A stretch of 64,000 bases of DNA from Sphyrna mokarran. Taxonomy: Eukaryota. Every line of letters begins with the position of its first letter. Positions within the stretch are counted from its first letter, which is position 1. Made by a program: the position numbers and the translations under genes. Positions 1-13,400 of this stretch are shown one piece after another. The stretch spans positions 13,268,001 to 13,332,000 of the forward strand of contig JAGIQG010000028.1 of NCBI GenBank assembly GCA_024679065.1, read 5' to 3'. The notes under the pieces are model-generated. The model was not told where the DNA came from and searched no databases. It saw only the letters and a list, made by a program, of their open reading frames with translations.

Positions 1-482
1 TGCTCAATTACATTGCTCAGTGACACCTCAAAGCCTCTCATACACAATGAACCATTCTGAGGAGCAGAATGGTTGTTGTTAAGTAGGCAAATGCAACAGT
101 TATTTCCCTCATAGCGGAGATGAAAGACTCTTTCACCTGCTTTTGGCTGAGGCAGAAATAGTGAACAGGATGCCTACTTTTCCACATTGCCTACAGCCAG
201 GAAAAGGTATTTTCAGCAATGTAGCACTCCTCAGTTCTGCACTGATCAATCAAGTCCCAGCATTGTGCTTGAATATGCAATGTACTGCCCCAAGAGGCAG
301 CAACTAAACCAAGCTGGCATACAGGGTAATTAGCTGTTCATGTACCAATAATGAAATAACTCACAGACACACAAAGAACTGAGGCTCACACAAATATGGC
401 ATAAGCCATATAAATACAAAAACTCTACATATTCCCTTGGCTGTTGTTCGCCATCTATGTAGATTCTAGTACCAGGTTCATA

Positions 483-850
483 TAAGAACATAAAAACATA
501 ACAGCTAGGAGCAGGAGTGGGCATTTGGCCCCTCAAGCCTGTCCACCATTCAGTAAGATCATAGCCAATCTTTTCATGGATTCAGCTCCACTTACCTGCC
601 CACTCACCATAGTCCTTAATTCCTTTACTGTTCAGAAATTTATCGATCCTTCATAATTTTATAGCTTTCTATAAGATCCCCCTTCGTTCTTCTAAATTAA
701 AATGATTACAGCCACAGTCTACTCAATCTCTCCCCATAAGCCAACCCTCTCAACTCTGGAATCAGCCTAGTGAATCTCCTTTGTACCTCCTCCAGTGCCA
801 CTATATCCTTTCTCAAGTAAGGAGACCAAAACTGTATACATTAGTCAGAT
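483..850 (-). mobile_element. CR1-type LINE 3' fragment
   Basis: ataagaacata...ggagcaggagt tail followed by antisense ORF2 C-terminus (ggagaccaaaactgt..., reverse of VQFWSP). Confidence 0.75.
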
Positions 851-859
851 GTGGCCCTC

Positions 860-1570
860 TCAGAAGGTTATGGAGTTAAACTCATGCCAAACACTTGAGC
901 ATGTTATCTAGACCAAACCCCAGTGTTGCATTGAAGGAATGCTGCACTGTCATGGATGCTAACTTTTAGATGATACATTAAACCAAAATCCCATATGCCA
1001 TCTCAGGTGGACTTAAAAAATTTGAAGAAGAGAAGGATGTTCTCCCAGTGACATGCTCAAAATGTTTACCCCTCAACCAATATCATTAAAACATTTATCT
1101 CTCTTATTAGTGGGAGCTGAAACGGGGAGGGGGGGGGTGAAATCTTACCATTTCACCCACCAGTCAATGCAGGGCAATCCAGTAAGATTGCAACAGAGCC
1201 AAAAAATCGGATTCGCACTCAGTTTCTCGTCTCACAATCTTACCGGCACCGGATATCCGGTGACATCACTCTCTGTTCTAACAGAGAGGTCTGCACATGA
1301 GCAATGGTGCCCTCTGTTGCAAGTTGCCGGATTTTGGTGAGATTAGGCCCCACCTACTCCCTTTGAAATAAATTCTGCTTCATTTTATCTTCAAAATGAG
1401 GTAAGGTTGGATTTTTAATTCACCCAAAAAAAAAGTGATTTTCCCCCTTATTCACACTCATTCGGCATTTAGAATCTTTTGGGTACAATCGCCCTTCACT
1501 TCTGAAGTTAAGGGCTGCTAACAGCTTTGGAGCATTCTGAAAGATGTTGCAGAAATGTAAACTCTTTTAT
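860..1570 (+). mobile_element. Degenerate SacSINE1/DeuSINE-like element, interrupted by a MITE at about 1125-1350
   Basis: tgctgcactgtc...ctcaggtggac...tttgaagaagag...cctcaaccaa motifs shared with the copies at about 10215-10835 and 15340-15850. Confidence 0.5.
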
Positions 1571-1605
1571 ACGGCTCATTTTATATTTATGTTTGAAATA
1601 TTAAT

Positions 1606-1806
1606 GAGGTGGAGGTACCGGCATTGGACAGGGGTGGGGACAGTAAGAAGTCTCACAACACCAGCTTAAAGTCCAAGAGGTTTATTTGGAAATCACAAGC
1701 TTTCGCTGCTCCTTCATCTCACTTGATGACAGAGCAGTACTCTGAAAGCTCATGATTCCAAATAAACCTGTTGGACTTTAACCTAGTGTTATAAGACTTC
1801 TTACTG
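1606..1806. mobile_element. Penelope pLTR-derived palindromic mini-element (family A) with decayed hammerhead motif
   Basis: Inverted arms cagtaagaagtctcacaacacc...tttatttgg / ccaaataaacc...agacttcttactg. Hammerhead-like cac-TTGATGA...GAA-AGCT-C at about 1720-1754. Confidence 0.75.
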
Positions 1807-2880
1807 AAATAATATTAAAGGCAATGGATCAGATCCGATGCTGCCATTAACTAGCTCCAATTCACTAAGTTGGCCTGTTGGCACAGCCTCTGTTCCCAAA
1901 GAAAGGTTTCCAGGTTGAATTCTGCAATTAGACCACATGGCACTGGCTCCTACCTCGGTATCAAATAGGCTAGTCAAACAGTATTTTGGCTTGCAAACAT
2001 ATTTTTACAGATGCAGCAGAGACAATAATGTTCTGTTCTTCACTGGTGTTCAGAACCCAGCAACTCTTTCTTTATTAAAGTATATTCTTGAAAGATTTTT
2101 AAAATCAAATCTTGAAAACAAGATGTATGGATTTCCGTACTATCTTAAATGCAATGTTACTCACAATAAAAGATTCCTTCTATCCTCTATAAAGGTAACT
2201 GCCTTGTCAGAAGGAATGTTTTCACTCAACAGGCAATCACATTGTGAATAGACCACCCTGGAAGAACACTGGCACAGATAATATATTTACAATATAAGAA
2301 CATAAGAAATAGGAACAGGAATAGACCATTCGGCTCATCAAGTTTGCTCCACCGTTCAATATAACCATGGCTGTTCTTGGATTTCAACTCTTAGGTTTCA
2401 CTCCCCATGTCCCTTATTTCCCCACGAGACTAAATAGGTGTCCAGCCCAGCCTAAATCCATCCAATGATGGAGCATCCACATCCTCTGGGGTAGAGAATT
2501 CCACAGATTCACAACCTTTTGAGTGAAGAAATTTCACAGAATCACAGAACATTAACAGTGCAGAAGAGGTCATTCAGCCCATCAAGTCCACATCTTTGCA
2601 TGAAAGGCCCTGACCTGCTCACCTGATTAGACTTACCAGCAGTCAGCCCATATCCTTGAATGTCACGGTGTGCCAAGTACTCATCCAGGTACTTTTTAAA
2701 GAATGTGAGACATCCTGTCTCCACCAACCTCCCAGGCAGTGCATTCTAGCCCAGGCACTGCATTTCTCCTCATCTCAGTCTTAAATAATCAACTTTTTAT
2801 CCTGAAACCATGCTCTCATGCTTTAGATTCCCCAACCAGTGTAAATAATTCAACAACATCAACTCCATTAAGCCTCCTCA

Positions 2881-2990
2881 GACACAAAAACAGAAAATCT
2901 GGAATATCTCAGCAAGCCTGACAGAATCTGTGGAGAGAGAGAGGGAATGGAGCCAATGTTTCAAGTCTGTATGGCCCTTCCTCAGATTCC
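2881..2990 (-). mobile_element. Family B Penelope-like mini-element fragment with decayed hammerhead motif
   Basis: aaaacagaaaatctggaatatctcagca... arm. Reverse strand reads CTGAGGA-agggccatacagactt-GAAACATT. Confidence 0.55.
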
Positions 2991-4465
2991 CTTCAGAACA
3001 ATGAAATTGCCTGTCATTCTTTGAAACTCCAGAGAATAAAAACCCAATTTACTCATCATAGAACAACCCCATCACCCCATGGATTAATTTAATAATCTTT
3101 CACTGTGCTGCCTTTCTTGAATGTGGAGACCAAAATTGCACGCACAGCATTCCAGGTGTGGTCTCACCAAAATCCTATCCAACTCAAGCAAGACATCTTC
3201 ATTCTTGTACTCTCATCCCTTTATAATAAAGACCAACATGTCTCTTGCCTTCTTGACTGCTTGCTGCACCTACATGTTAACTTTCTATATTCCTTGAATA
3301 CGAACATCCAAGTTACTCTTAACATCAACACCTAGCAGTTTCTCACTTTTTAAAAAATATTCTTTTTTTATTCTTATGAGCAACATGAATAACTACAAAC
3401 TCCCTAAGTTATACTCCATCCTGTTGCCCACTCACCTAACCTATTTACATTATTTTTACAGCTGCTCTGTGTCCTCCCCATAGCTTTCCTTCCCACCTAG
3501 TTTGGTATCAACAGCAAACTCTCTGCCTCTTCATCTGAGTAATTAATATAGATTGGAAATAGTTGTGGCACTAATCCGTGCGGTATTCCACTATTCATTG
3601 CCTGCCAACTTCAAGAAGTCCTATTTAGCCACTCTTTTTTATCCGTTAACCAATCATCTATCCATATTAATATATCATTTCCAATTCCATAAGCCCTTTT
3701 TGTCTTTTAACCTTTTGTTCAGCACCTTTTCGAATATCTTTTAGAAATCAAGGTATACTACATTTACTGGTTCTCTTTTATTTAGCCTGCTAGTTACATC
3801 TTCAAAAAAACAAATAAATTTATCAAACAGGATTTCCCTTCAATAAAACCATATTGACTTGTTCTAATTATACTATGCTTTTCTAAATGAATTGTTAAGA
3901 CTTCCCTAATTACAGATTCCAGCATTTTCTACCAACAGGAGTTAGGCGAACTGGTCTGTAGTTTCCAACTTTCTCTCTTCCTACTTTCTTGAAAAGTGAT
4001 GTAACATTTACAAACTTCTAATCCAGTGGAACCATGACTAAATCTAATGAGTTTAAAAAAAAAACATAGCTCGCACATCCACTATCTCTGTGCTTACCTC
4101 TTTACAAGTCCTAGAGTGTAAGCCTAGGATTTGGCAGATTTTAGTCGCTTAAGTTTTTCTAATACATTATTTCTGCTGATAGCAATTTCTCTAATTTCAC
4201 CACTCTTTTTAACCTCTATGCTCTCTTTCTGGTTTGGAATGTGTGTCCTCTATGTTCAATACTTCTGTCATCTTCTTATTCCCTTTGGTAATTTCTCCTA
4301 TCCCTGCTTCTAATGTACCAACATTTACTTTAGCCAATTTTTTCCCTTTTATCTATGTATGAAAGCTTATATAATCTATTTCTATGTTTGTGGCTACTTT
4401 CCTCTCATTCTATTTTCTCCCTTTGTATCATATTTTGGAAGTTCAAACTTCACTTAAAAGAAAAA

Positions 4466-4757
4466 TGTTTATTTATTGTCACAAGTAAGGCTTACATTAA
4501 CACTGCAATGAAATTACTGTGAAAATTACCTAGTCGCCACACTCAACACCTGTTCAGATACACTGAGGGAGAATTTGCATGGTCAATGCACCTAACCAGC
4601 ACAGTTTTTGGACCATGGAACGAAACTGGAATAGCCGGAAGAAACCCACGCAGCCACAGGGAGAACGTACAAACTCCACACAAAATGTGACCCACACCAG
4701 AAATAGAATCTGAATCCCTGGTGCTATGAAGCAGCAGTGCTAACCACTGTGCTGCCA
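4466..4757 (-). mobile_element. HE1/V-SINE, tail type b
   Basis: Reverse of the tRNA-derived head (ggttagcactgctgc), V-domain core, and cagtaa.ttcattgcagtgttaatgtaagcc tail. Confidence 0.85.
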
Positions 4758-5871
4758 GTGCTATTGCTTTTGCAACATTGTGAGCCTCCTCTCTTAACCT
4801 AATGCTAATCCTTAATTTCCTCAGTGAGCCAATGGTTGAGTCTTTAATGCTGAGTTTCTGTTCTTCAATGGAACGTATTTTTGTTGGACATTTTGAATTA
4901 TTTCTTTAAGTATTTCCCACTGTTCATTTACTTCTTGATTTTAGTCTAGTTATCCAATTAACTTTAGCCAATCCCCCCCTTCACACCTATATAAATTTAA
5001 GATTAAGATTTTTGTTTGCAATTGGACTATGTCACCTTAAAATTAATGTGAAATTGAATAGCATTATTTTATTATTTCCCAGTGGATCTTTTAATGAGAC
5101 ATTACTAATTAATCTTGCTTCGTTACCCAATAGCGTATCTAAGACAGCTTTATCCCTAGCCAGTTCCATCATGTACTGCTCCAAGAAACTGACACGAAAA
5201 CATTCTACAAACTCATCTTCTCGACAATTCTTGCCAAGTTGATTGTCTCAGTCTATATGAAGATTAAAGTCATCCACAATTATTACATCTATTTTCTTCC
5301 ATGTTCCAGTAATTTCTTGTTTAATGCTCTGCCCAACAGTAAGACTGCTGTTAGGGTGGCCAATAAACTACTTGCAGCAGTATTTTCTGACTCTCGCTGT
5401 TCCTAATTTCCACCCATAATGATTCTACTCATGATCCTTTCTCATTAATGTCCATTTGTAATCCTTTACTGTCAGGGCTATCTTAACTTCCTTTGTCATT
5501 CTATCCATCTTTCTGAAATATTGTGTGCCCCTGGAATATTTGTTTCCCAACCTTGATCATCTTGTGATAGAAATAAGATCCTATCTCTCTATTTATCTCA
5601 ATTCATCTATTTTAGTGCAGACACTTTGTGCATTAGATAAATAATCTTTAATTCCATTCTATTCTCTGAAATGACTTTATTTGTCAATACATAATTTTTG
5701 TTAAACTCTGTCCCTTCCTGTTTCAATCTCCTCTTTATCAACATCACTGGACTGTTTTGGTATCTCAAACTTTCTCTTTGGGTTTCTAAGCCTTTCTTCA
5801 CCCAAACCCTCACTCTTTCCTTCAGTTTAAAATCCTATCCATAGCCCTAGTTATATGATTGGCCAAGACAC

Positions 5872-6450
5872 CTGAATTAACCTTAGTTAGATCGCACTAA
5901 CCTTGGTTAGGTCGCATTTGGAGTATTGCATGCAGTTCTGATCACCACACTATCAGAAGGACATGGAAGCTTTGGAGGGGATGCAAAGAACATTCATCAG
6001 GATGTTGCCTGGTCTCGAGGATGTTGGCTACGAGGAAAGGTTGAATAAACTAATATTGTTTTCATTGGAAAGATGGAGGTTGAGGACAGACCTGATACAG
6101 GTCTACAAAATTATAAGAGGCATAGACAGGGTGGCTGGTCAGATTCTTTTACCATGGGTGGAAGTGTTAATTACAAGGGGGAATAGGTCATGATGAAAAA
6201 GGGGAAGTTTTAAGGGAGATGTACAGGGAAGTTTTTCATGCAGAGTGCTGGGTGCCTGAAATGCTTTGCCAGAAAAGACGGTGGAAGCAGGCATATTAGC
6301 AACATTTAAGAGATATCTACGTGAGTGAATTAATAGGGAGGAAATAGAGCGATATGGACCAAGGGCAGAAGGTTTTTTTTCAATTAGAGCATCATAACTG
6401 ACACAGATTAGATAGCTGAAGAGCCTGTTCCTGTGCTGTACTTTTCTTTG
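5872..6450 (+). mobile_element. CR1 LINE 3' fragment
   Basis: ORF 5963-6193 ALEGMQRTFIRMLPGL...YEERL..L.LFSLERWRLR.DLI is the CR1 ORF2 C-terminus. Confidence 0.85.
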
Positions 6451-6510
6451 ATACTGGTCCCAGCCTGGCCCACTCCAACAGAATAGCTCACTCTTCTGAG
6501 TACTGACACT

Positions 6511-6959
6511 TGTGATGCTACTGTGCCTTTAAGGGAAATATTTTAATTATAATCATGTTGTCTGTAGTCAGAGTTTCAATTCCTGCAGGTGTTGCAAAGC
6601 TGAAAAATCCAGCATACTTACAAAGAACAAAGAACAAAAAAACAAAAAAAAACACCTTCTGTGTTAACTTGAAATAAGGGTGTTTGTTTGTAGGATTGGT
6701 TGTATCAGAACATGACATTGAGCTGTTAAGGTTTGTGCAAATCATGGTTTTCTTTTTCTTGTTGTAATTGGTAAAATGTATTGCTCATTGTGTTATTATG
6801 TATTAACTGTATTTTTGATCATCTTTGTTCAATAAAAGCTCCCTAGTGGTTGTTTGAGTGAAACATCTTACACTAACCAATGGTAAAATTCAAAGTGCAG
6901 AACTTATGATCTTGGTTAACTGCATAAAGGCCTTGGAGTTTCTGACCTGGACTATAACA
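6511..6959 (+). mobile_element. Solo-LTR-like element
   Basis: TG...CA ends (tgtgatgctactgtgcctttaag ... ctataaca) and internal aataaa. Both ends resemble the copy at 23206-24434. No TSD seen. Confidence 0.5.
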
Positions 6960-7724
6960 TGCTATTGCCCCATTAATCAAAATCCCATTCCTCCCACAGC
7001 ATGTCTATACCGCAGGTTTCACTTTCTAATCTGTTTAACCCTAAGCCAGTTGGTGCATGTCTCAGGTAACAATTCAGCGATAGTGATCTTTAATATTCTG
7101 GACTGCAACAACTCTGTAAGCTCCAAAACTCTGCCAATCCTAAGCAGTGTGATTGCCTCCTAGAACCTCCAGGTAACATCCCCCTCTCTGATGCACTGCT
7201 CTGTCTCCAGTTCAATGACTCTGGGCTGAAGCTCTTCAATCCACAAACAACTACTGCAGACATGGATCACACTGGTGTCCCAAATTCTGTAATCTCAACA
7301 CATCACCTGCCTTGCCATCTTCATTGTGTTAATTCATTAATCACTTTTCCTGAATTAATCTATAATTAATGAACCAAACAACTCCCAATAATCTTTACAA
7401 CTGCAGTAAGATTTTAATATTACCAATAAATATTAATAAATTACACACTTTTGTGTATTAGTGGATTTAAGTGATTTGAATGCAGTGCTGAAGATGTGTT
7501 TAGGGGATATGTTGATAAGAGAGGTACATGAATCTGAGATCCAGCAGTAAGGGTTAAGAGCCTTGCATATTCTTGATTTCCATCATCTCATCTCTAGTGG
7601 CTGTGCCTCCTGTTGTCTTGGATCTAAACTATGAAATTCTTTCCCTAAACATTCCCCTGAATTCTTCAAAGACAGACAAACTCTACTAGTATGGAGCAAA
7701 TCTGCCAAAACCATCCTTCCTCCC

Positions 7725-8035
7725 AGCATGGTGGCAGTGGTTAGCCCTGCTGCCTCACAGCACCAGGGACACAGGCTCAACTCCCAGTTTGGGTCACTGT
7801 CTTTGTGGAGTTTGCACATTCTTCTCATGTCTGCATGGGTTTCCTCCAGGTGCTCCAATTTCCTCCCACAGTCCAAATATGTGTAGGTTAAGTGGATTGA
7901 TAATGCCAAATTGCCCCTTAGTATCAAAGGGGTTAGCTAGGGCAAATGCATTGGGTTATAGAGATAGGGCCTGGCTGGGATTGTAGTTAGTGCAGACTCG
8001 ATGGGCCAAATGGCCTCCTTCTGCACTATAGATTC
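7725..8035 (+). mobile_element. HE1/V-SINE, tail type a (CR1-like tail)
   Basis: gtggttagc..tgctgcctcacagc head, gggtcactgtc..tggagtttgcac core, gatgggcc.aatggcctccttctgcact tail. Confidence 0.9.
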
Positions 8036-8094
8036 AGTAAACGTAGCTTTTGTTCAGATCACCAGACGGTTTGACTTTCAATCTGATGAAAGCA

Positions 8095-8291
8095 AACACG
8101 TGCACACACACATGCATGCATTCATGCACACACACACACAAGTACACACATACGCTCACACACTTGCGCACACATTCACAGACACACACACACTCATACA
8201 CATGCACAAATACATTTGCACACGCGTAGACACGTTCACACACACATACACTCACACACACATGTGCGCACACATCCATTCACACACACAC
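8095..8291. repeat. Degenerate (CA)n microsatellite
   Basis: About 200 bp of interrupted CA repeats; explains the His/Thr and Val/Cys-rich ORFs. Confidence 0.9.
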
Positions 8292-9174
8292 ATCCTCCTA
8301 CTGCCAAACATCATTAAATTGGCAGCTACTTTGCATCAGCAGTTTCTATTTTAGATAATTTCTGATAATTTCCCTTTAATATTGTCAATTTTGGAGATTT
8401 TTAACAGTGTAAACGGCAGGACAATTTGTTTATTTCCTTCTGTTTGCAGCAGTAAGATTACAATCCAGTGCTTGTTTAGAAGGTGGCTCAATTCTTGAAG
8501 GAGGTGGGGAACTGGAATGGAATGCCAAGGTTTTTCTTCAAACATCAAACCGCAGCTGAATGTAACAAATTCTTCCGCTCCTTCACAAACCACAACAAAC
8601 AGTCCCTGAGCTTGATGGCTCCATTAGAAAGATTCAATCTGTTTCACTCCAGCCTACACACACCCTCAATTTCAAAGCTCGGCTCAGACTGAAGCAACAA
8701 CATTCCCAGCCACTAGTCTCAACCTTTAAAAATATTTATTCCCTCGTTTACTTCTCACGTTTTAGACGTGCTGAAGTGGGTATCATTTTTCCCACAGCAG
8801 CCACTCTTACTCACTGTCACTTTCTGGGGAAGGAGGTAGTGAGTGAAACAGCTTTCTCTTGTCATGTCTTTCCTTAACTGAATGTGAACTGTTCAGTGAT
8901 CATTGAGCTGAGTGCTGAACAAGCAGCCCCTGTATTCAACACTGCCTCAACACCAGCACTCATATGGATATAGGAATAGGAATAGGAATTTCAGTCTCTC
9001 GATCATGCTCTGATATTCAATTAGAACATGGCTGACCTGTGTTCAGATCAGCTTACTTGCTTTGGCGTAAAATCTCTGATAACTGATTCATCAAACAAAC
9101 TATCAATCTCAGCTTTAAAGTGCAACAGCTTGTTGGAAAATGGAAAATTCAGTGTCCCGCATGATGGTATAGAT

Positions 9175-9488
9175 GGGTGGCACAGTGGCACAGTCGTTAG
9201 CACTGCTGCCTCACAGCGCCAGGGTCCTGGGTTCTATTCCTGGCTCGGGTCACTGTCTGTGTGGAATTTGCACATTCTCCCCGTGTCTGCATGGATTTCC
9301 TCCAGATCTCCAGTTTCCTCCCACAGTCCAACATTATGCAGAATAGGTTGATTGGCCATGCTAAATTGCCCCTTAGTATCGGGGCACTAGGAGGGCAAAT
9401 ACGTGGGGTTACAGGGATAGGCTATGGCTGGGATTGTTGCTGATGCAGACAGGTGGAATGGCTTCCTTCTGCATTGTAGGGATTCTAT
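9175..9488 (+). mobile_element. HE1/V-SINE, tail a
   Basis: Full head-core-tail similarity to the other copies. Confidence 0.9.
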
Positions 9489-9854
9489 ATTTAGTGTGAA
9501 GATATTACATTTTTGTGTTGCCATTACATTCAGTTTTCGCCTCTTGGGTTAGCCTTCTTTTATTGTGAAACAGACTTCCCTTTCAGGAGATGTAAAGTAA
9601 TCCTTGATTCTTTAAGGTTTTCTGAGACCTGCTTCCTCCTCCAATCCTGGAAAAATTGGAATGCTTGCCTAATGATTTTAATCATTCATTGCAAGGTGCC
9701 AAACATCTGGAAGGCACAAAGACACTCCTCTGTCCAGAGGTTTCTCACCTAGATGTCCAGTGTGGTTCAGTGGGTGACACTCTTACCTCTGGTTCAGGTG
9801 GTTATGGTTTCTAACCTCATTCTGGGACTTGATGGTTAAACCATGGTTTTTTTT

Positions 9855-10215
9855 AATCATTCATAGGATGGGGGCACTGCTGGCTGGACCAGCATTTGTT
9901 GAATTATATTTGAAAGAAGTGGTTTGTTCAGCAATTTCAGACAGCAGTTAAGACATTGCTGTGGTTTGAATTCATATGTAGGCCAGACCAGGTAAGGACA
10001 GTAGATTTCATTCTCTAAAGGACATTAGTGAACTCGATGGATTTTTATAACAATCAACAGTGGTTTCATGGTCATCAGTAGATTTTAATTCCAGACTTTA
10101 ATTGAATTCAAATTTTACCACTTGCAGTGGTAGGGTTTGAATTTGGGGCCCCAGGGTTTAACCCTTGGTCTCTGGATTAGTAGTCCAGTAACATGCCACT
10201 ATGCCACTGCTTCCT
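9855..10215 (-). mobile_element. Second tRNA-derived SINE family (ggccagaccaggtaaggac core)
   Basis: Shares the core with the copies at ~17800-18065, ~18795-19475, ~26555-26965, ~28460-29612, ~40010-40270 and ~41605-41790. tRNA-like head on the minus strand. Confidence 0.7.
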
Positions 10216-10445
10216 AGTGCAGTACAGAGGGAGTGCTGCACTGTTGGGGATGTTGTCTTTCAAGACTAGATTTACAAGTTACTGCTCCAGCAACAGGGCT
10301 TCAGATGTTTGAGAATTCAAGCATATAGATCATTCTGCTTGAAATATGCCCCCCACACATTTCTTTTTCCATAAAATGATTCTGCATCCAAGTCCTAAAA
10401 CAGACTTCCATTCATCTGAAACTGTAACTCTAAGGTGAGACACTC

Positions 10446-10565
10446 ACCGGAATTTGACTGCTCTGCCCTCAACAGGATTCAGAGTGGGCAAAGGCAGACA
10501 ATGGGAAGGTCCATTAACCTCGGATTTTACAGTTTTGGGACAAGCGAGGCTGTAAAATCCTGCCC
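10446..10565. mobile_element. Short MITE with terminal inverted repeats (Harbinger-like)
   Basis: ggaatttgac ... gtaaaatcctgccc ends; similar to 30115-30235, 30636-30757 and 49570-49697. Confidence 0.5.
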
Positions 10566-11604
10566 ACTAAATGAAGATCCTATATTCACTCTCAAATGGA
10601 GGTAAATTATCCCTTAATACTATTTGAAGAAGAGTAGGGAAGTCTTTCCTACTCTCCATTCAACACTTATAATCACCTTATCCGGTCTTTTGTTTAATTG
10701 TTGTTTGTGGGTCCTTGCTATGAGCAAATTTCCTCATCATTACAGTGGCTACACTTCAGAAGTACTTCAATGGCTGTGAACCATCTTGGGACATTCTGAA
10801 GAGATGAAAGATGCTTTATAAATTTGAGACTTCTCTTTACTGAAACTCTTCAGACACCCAACAGTCATTCACTTGCTCTGTCTGCTCAGCAAGTCCTTTA
10901 CCTGTAAAGGTAACTTTTCTTTAAGTGTTTCTTTGACCTGATAATAATTCCCCTTTAAGTGGTAGCTTCTAGCCAGCACTAGAAAGAACACTGAGATTTC
11001 AATACTGAGAGAGACAGCACAACATGAAAGCTAGCGACACATGGCGAGCCACCTGCAACTCAATAAATAACCCCACATCTCAAACTGGAATCACGGGGCA
11101 GAGCTTTTGTGCACATTTTAGTTGAGTTCTGCTCATTAGTGGTCCCACCCCTCTGCTAAGATCAAAGCCTTTAATCCCATCAGCATCGCCAGAGGATCTC
11201 AAGGGCTGCCTTTCACATGGGAAGTTTTGTCTCAATGCAGAAACACCTTTCACTGAGAAGCCCTCTCTCTCTCTCGTAGGTCAGTCAAGCCCCAAGAGTA
11301 TGGAAAAAAATGTTAGATTGAACATTTTATGAGCTGATGGTGGATGGAAAATCACACTATTTCCTAATGCACAATCCCAATAGACCAAGCCCCATGAATG
11401 AGAACTTGCATTCAGAAAATCACCCTGGCTGCTCCTTCATCAAACAACTAGAGTTTGAAGAGTTTCATTGTATGGTTTAAGTGCTTAGACAGAGAGCTGC
11501 GAGATGCAGTAAAGCTCCAATGTAAAGAGGTGACAGTTTTAAAACCAAACTGGGAGAATTTAAGGAGCACTCCCACGGCAGGAAGGACTGTGCAGGCAGT
11601 GCCA

Positions 11605-11910
11605 TCTCTTTACAAGGTTACAACTGGCATGGGCAGAGTGGAATATTCAGGTGCTCTTTCCGAGGGTAGTAAAGTCAAGTACTACGGGGCATAGGTTTAA
11701 GGTGCTTGAGGAAAGGTTTACATAGAGGTGGTGAATGCCTGGAACCTGCTGCCCGGGAAGGTAGTGGGCGCAGGAACGATAGCATCATTTAACGTGCATC
11801 TAGACAAATACACACGTGGATTCTGTAACTGTGTGCAGTTTTAGTTTAGGCAGGCATCACGATCGGCACAGGTTTGGAGAACTTGTCCCTGTGCTGTTCT
11901 TTGATCTTTG
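11605..11910 (+). mobile_element. CR1 LINE 3' fragment
   Basis: ggggcataggtttaaggtg...gtggtgaatgcctggaac...cctgtgctgttctttg tail. Confidence 0.7.
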
Positions 11911-12434
11911 TTTGCTCTTCAAACGGGAAATGAAAGCCAATGTGATCCACATTGCAGCACTTACAATTGACGTCCATCTTTTAAGAGATTGAAATTTGCA
12001 CAGAGTACAAGCTGGACATTCTGGATCCTTTCATCCCATTCCCAAAGACATGTTTCAGCCATCCAAACCTCTAAATGGAACACTAATTTGTATAACTGAA
12101 ACTAAATAAATTGCTAACCTTTTCTTTCTTATCTCAGCAATTATTTTAGCTTTTAGGGGCTAAACCAGTATTTTTACTGAATTATATAAGCCAATCACTG
12201 TTACATAAGATGCTTCCTGCTACAATAAATCAGCATTCAGAAAATGGATTTTTTTCTCCTGTTTGTAGCATTTCCAAAAGTCTTTGAATTTAGTGCAGAG
12301 TGGAGACATGGAAGCCAAATTCAATCCTTGCCCTGTGCTGCTTTAGCTAATTGCAGCAGGGATGTTAAAATTGATTTCACTGGACTTGGGTAAGGATTCC
12401 TGATTGCTTTCTGTTGACTCCATTGTTGGAATAT

Positions 12435-13400
12435 ATAGGGGTCGATTCTCCCCAAAGAATTCTAACTGTAGAACTTGTGTAAAAACTGGAGCAAATCATG
12501 CTTTTTTTTTTCAGCGGGAGTTTCAAAATGAATCTTCCACACTCTGTGCACTGCAGAGTGCACTCGCATAAATCAGTCCAAAAATCAGGGGATGGAGAGA
12601 CCAGCAACATAGCGCTGAGCGGACCACAGTCTGTGCACTGATCTGTCAGCGCTGAACTCAGCTGAGATTGGCACATGCATAGTAGGCCCAGACTGCCCGC
12701 TTCCTGATCACAGGCCAGCCCCAGAACCCCCACGTTGCCAGCTGAGCAACCTCCTCCCCCCTCACAGTCTGCTCACTGACCCCTTGGGTGTGCCTGGGTC
12801 AGTTCACACCCCCCACTCCTACCCATAGGCTGCCTCAATCTCTATTCCTCACCCCACAATCCTGATCTCTCAATTTCCTCACCCCCAACTGGCAACCCCG
12901 ATCCCCCCCGGCAGTCCTAATCCCTCAGCAGACTGACCGCCCCATCCCCAAACAACCCACCTAGATGCCCAGCCCCAATCAATAGCCTCCCCTCCCTCTG
13001 TCATTGATCCCAAACGCAGAGGGGTAGCTGGACTCACACCTCCACCGATTATCCCCATCCCCGGAGACCTCATCCCCTCCAATGAGTCCCTGCCTTCATT
13101 AGGCCCCATTGCCCAGTGGACAATGCCAATGTGCCTCCTGGGCACTGGCAGTTTGCCCATTGGGATGTGCTGGGGGCTCAGACTGGCATTGTCAGGTTGG
13201 CAATGCCGAGGAGGCACTCCCCAGTGCCTGAACCTCTGGGGAGGCCTCGATTGCTCAGAGTCCTTTACTATAGCAGGGTGAGGCCACCAGCTCCCCACAA
13301 GTGAGGAGCTATTAATAAACCTTGCTGAAGTGAACCATACCTGGCCAAGGGGGTTTGGGGGGGGGGGGGGGGCGAATACGCTAGTGGGCCTTATAGTCTT
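12435..13400. mobile_element. GC-rich non-autonomous DNA transposon remnant (Harbinger-like)
   Basis: Begins ggggtcgattctcccc; C-rich interior with ggcact/tgcc motifs typical of shark Harbinger derivatives. Confidence 0.45.

Larger units (their letters stand above)
2293..7450 (-). mobile_element. Long degenerate CR1 LINE (RT, endonuclease and 5' region) with several nested insertions
   Basis: Antisense motifs recognisable: LVRPHLE..VQFWSP (~3125-3170), GF..GKSCL.NL...F.DVT...VVYLD (~3745-3860), GNYRPV.LT (~3940-3966), IIV.DFN (~5260-5285). Heavily frameshifted. Confidence 0.8.

Noticed and set aside
7725-7800. tRNA genes
   Set aside because: The A/B-box-like heads belong to SINEs and run on into SINE bodies; no complete cloverleaf.
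8001-8354. His/Thr-rich and Val/Cys-rich ORFs
   Set aside because: Translations of a (CA)n microsatellite.
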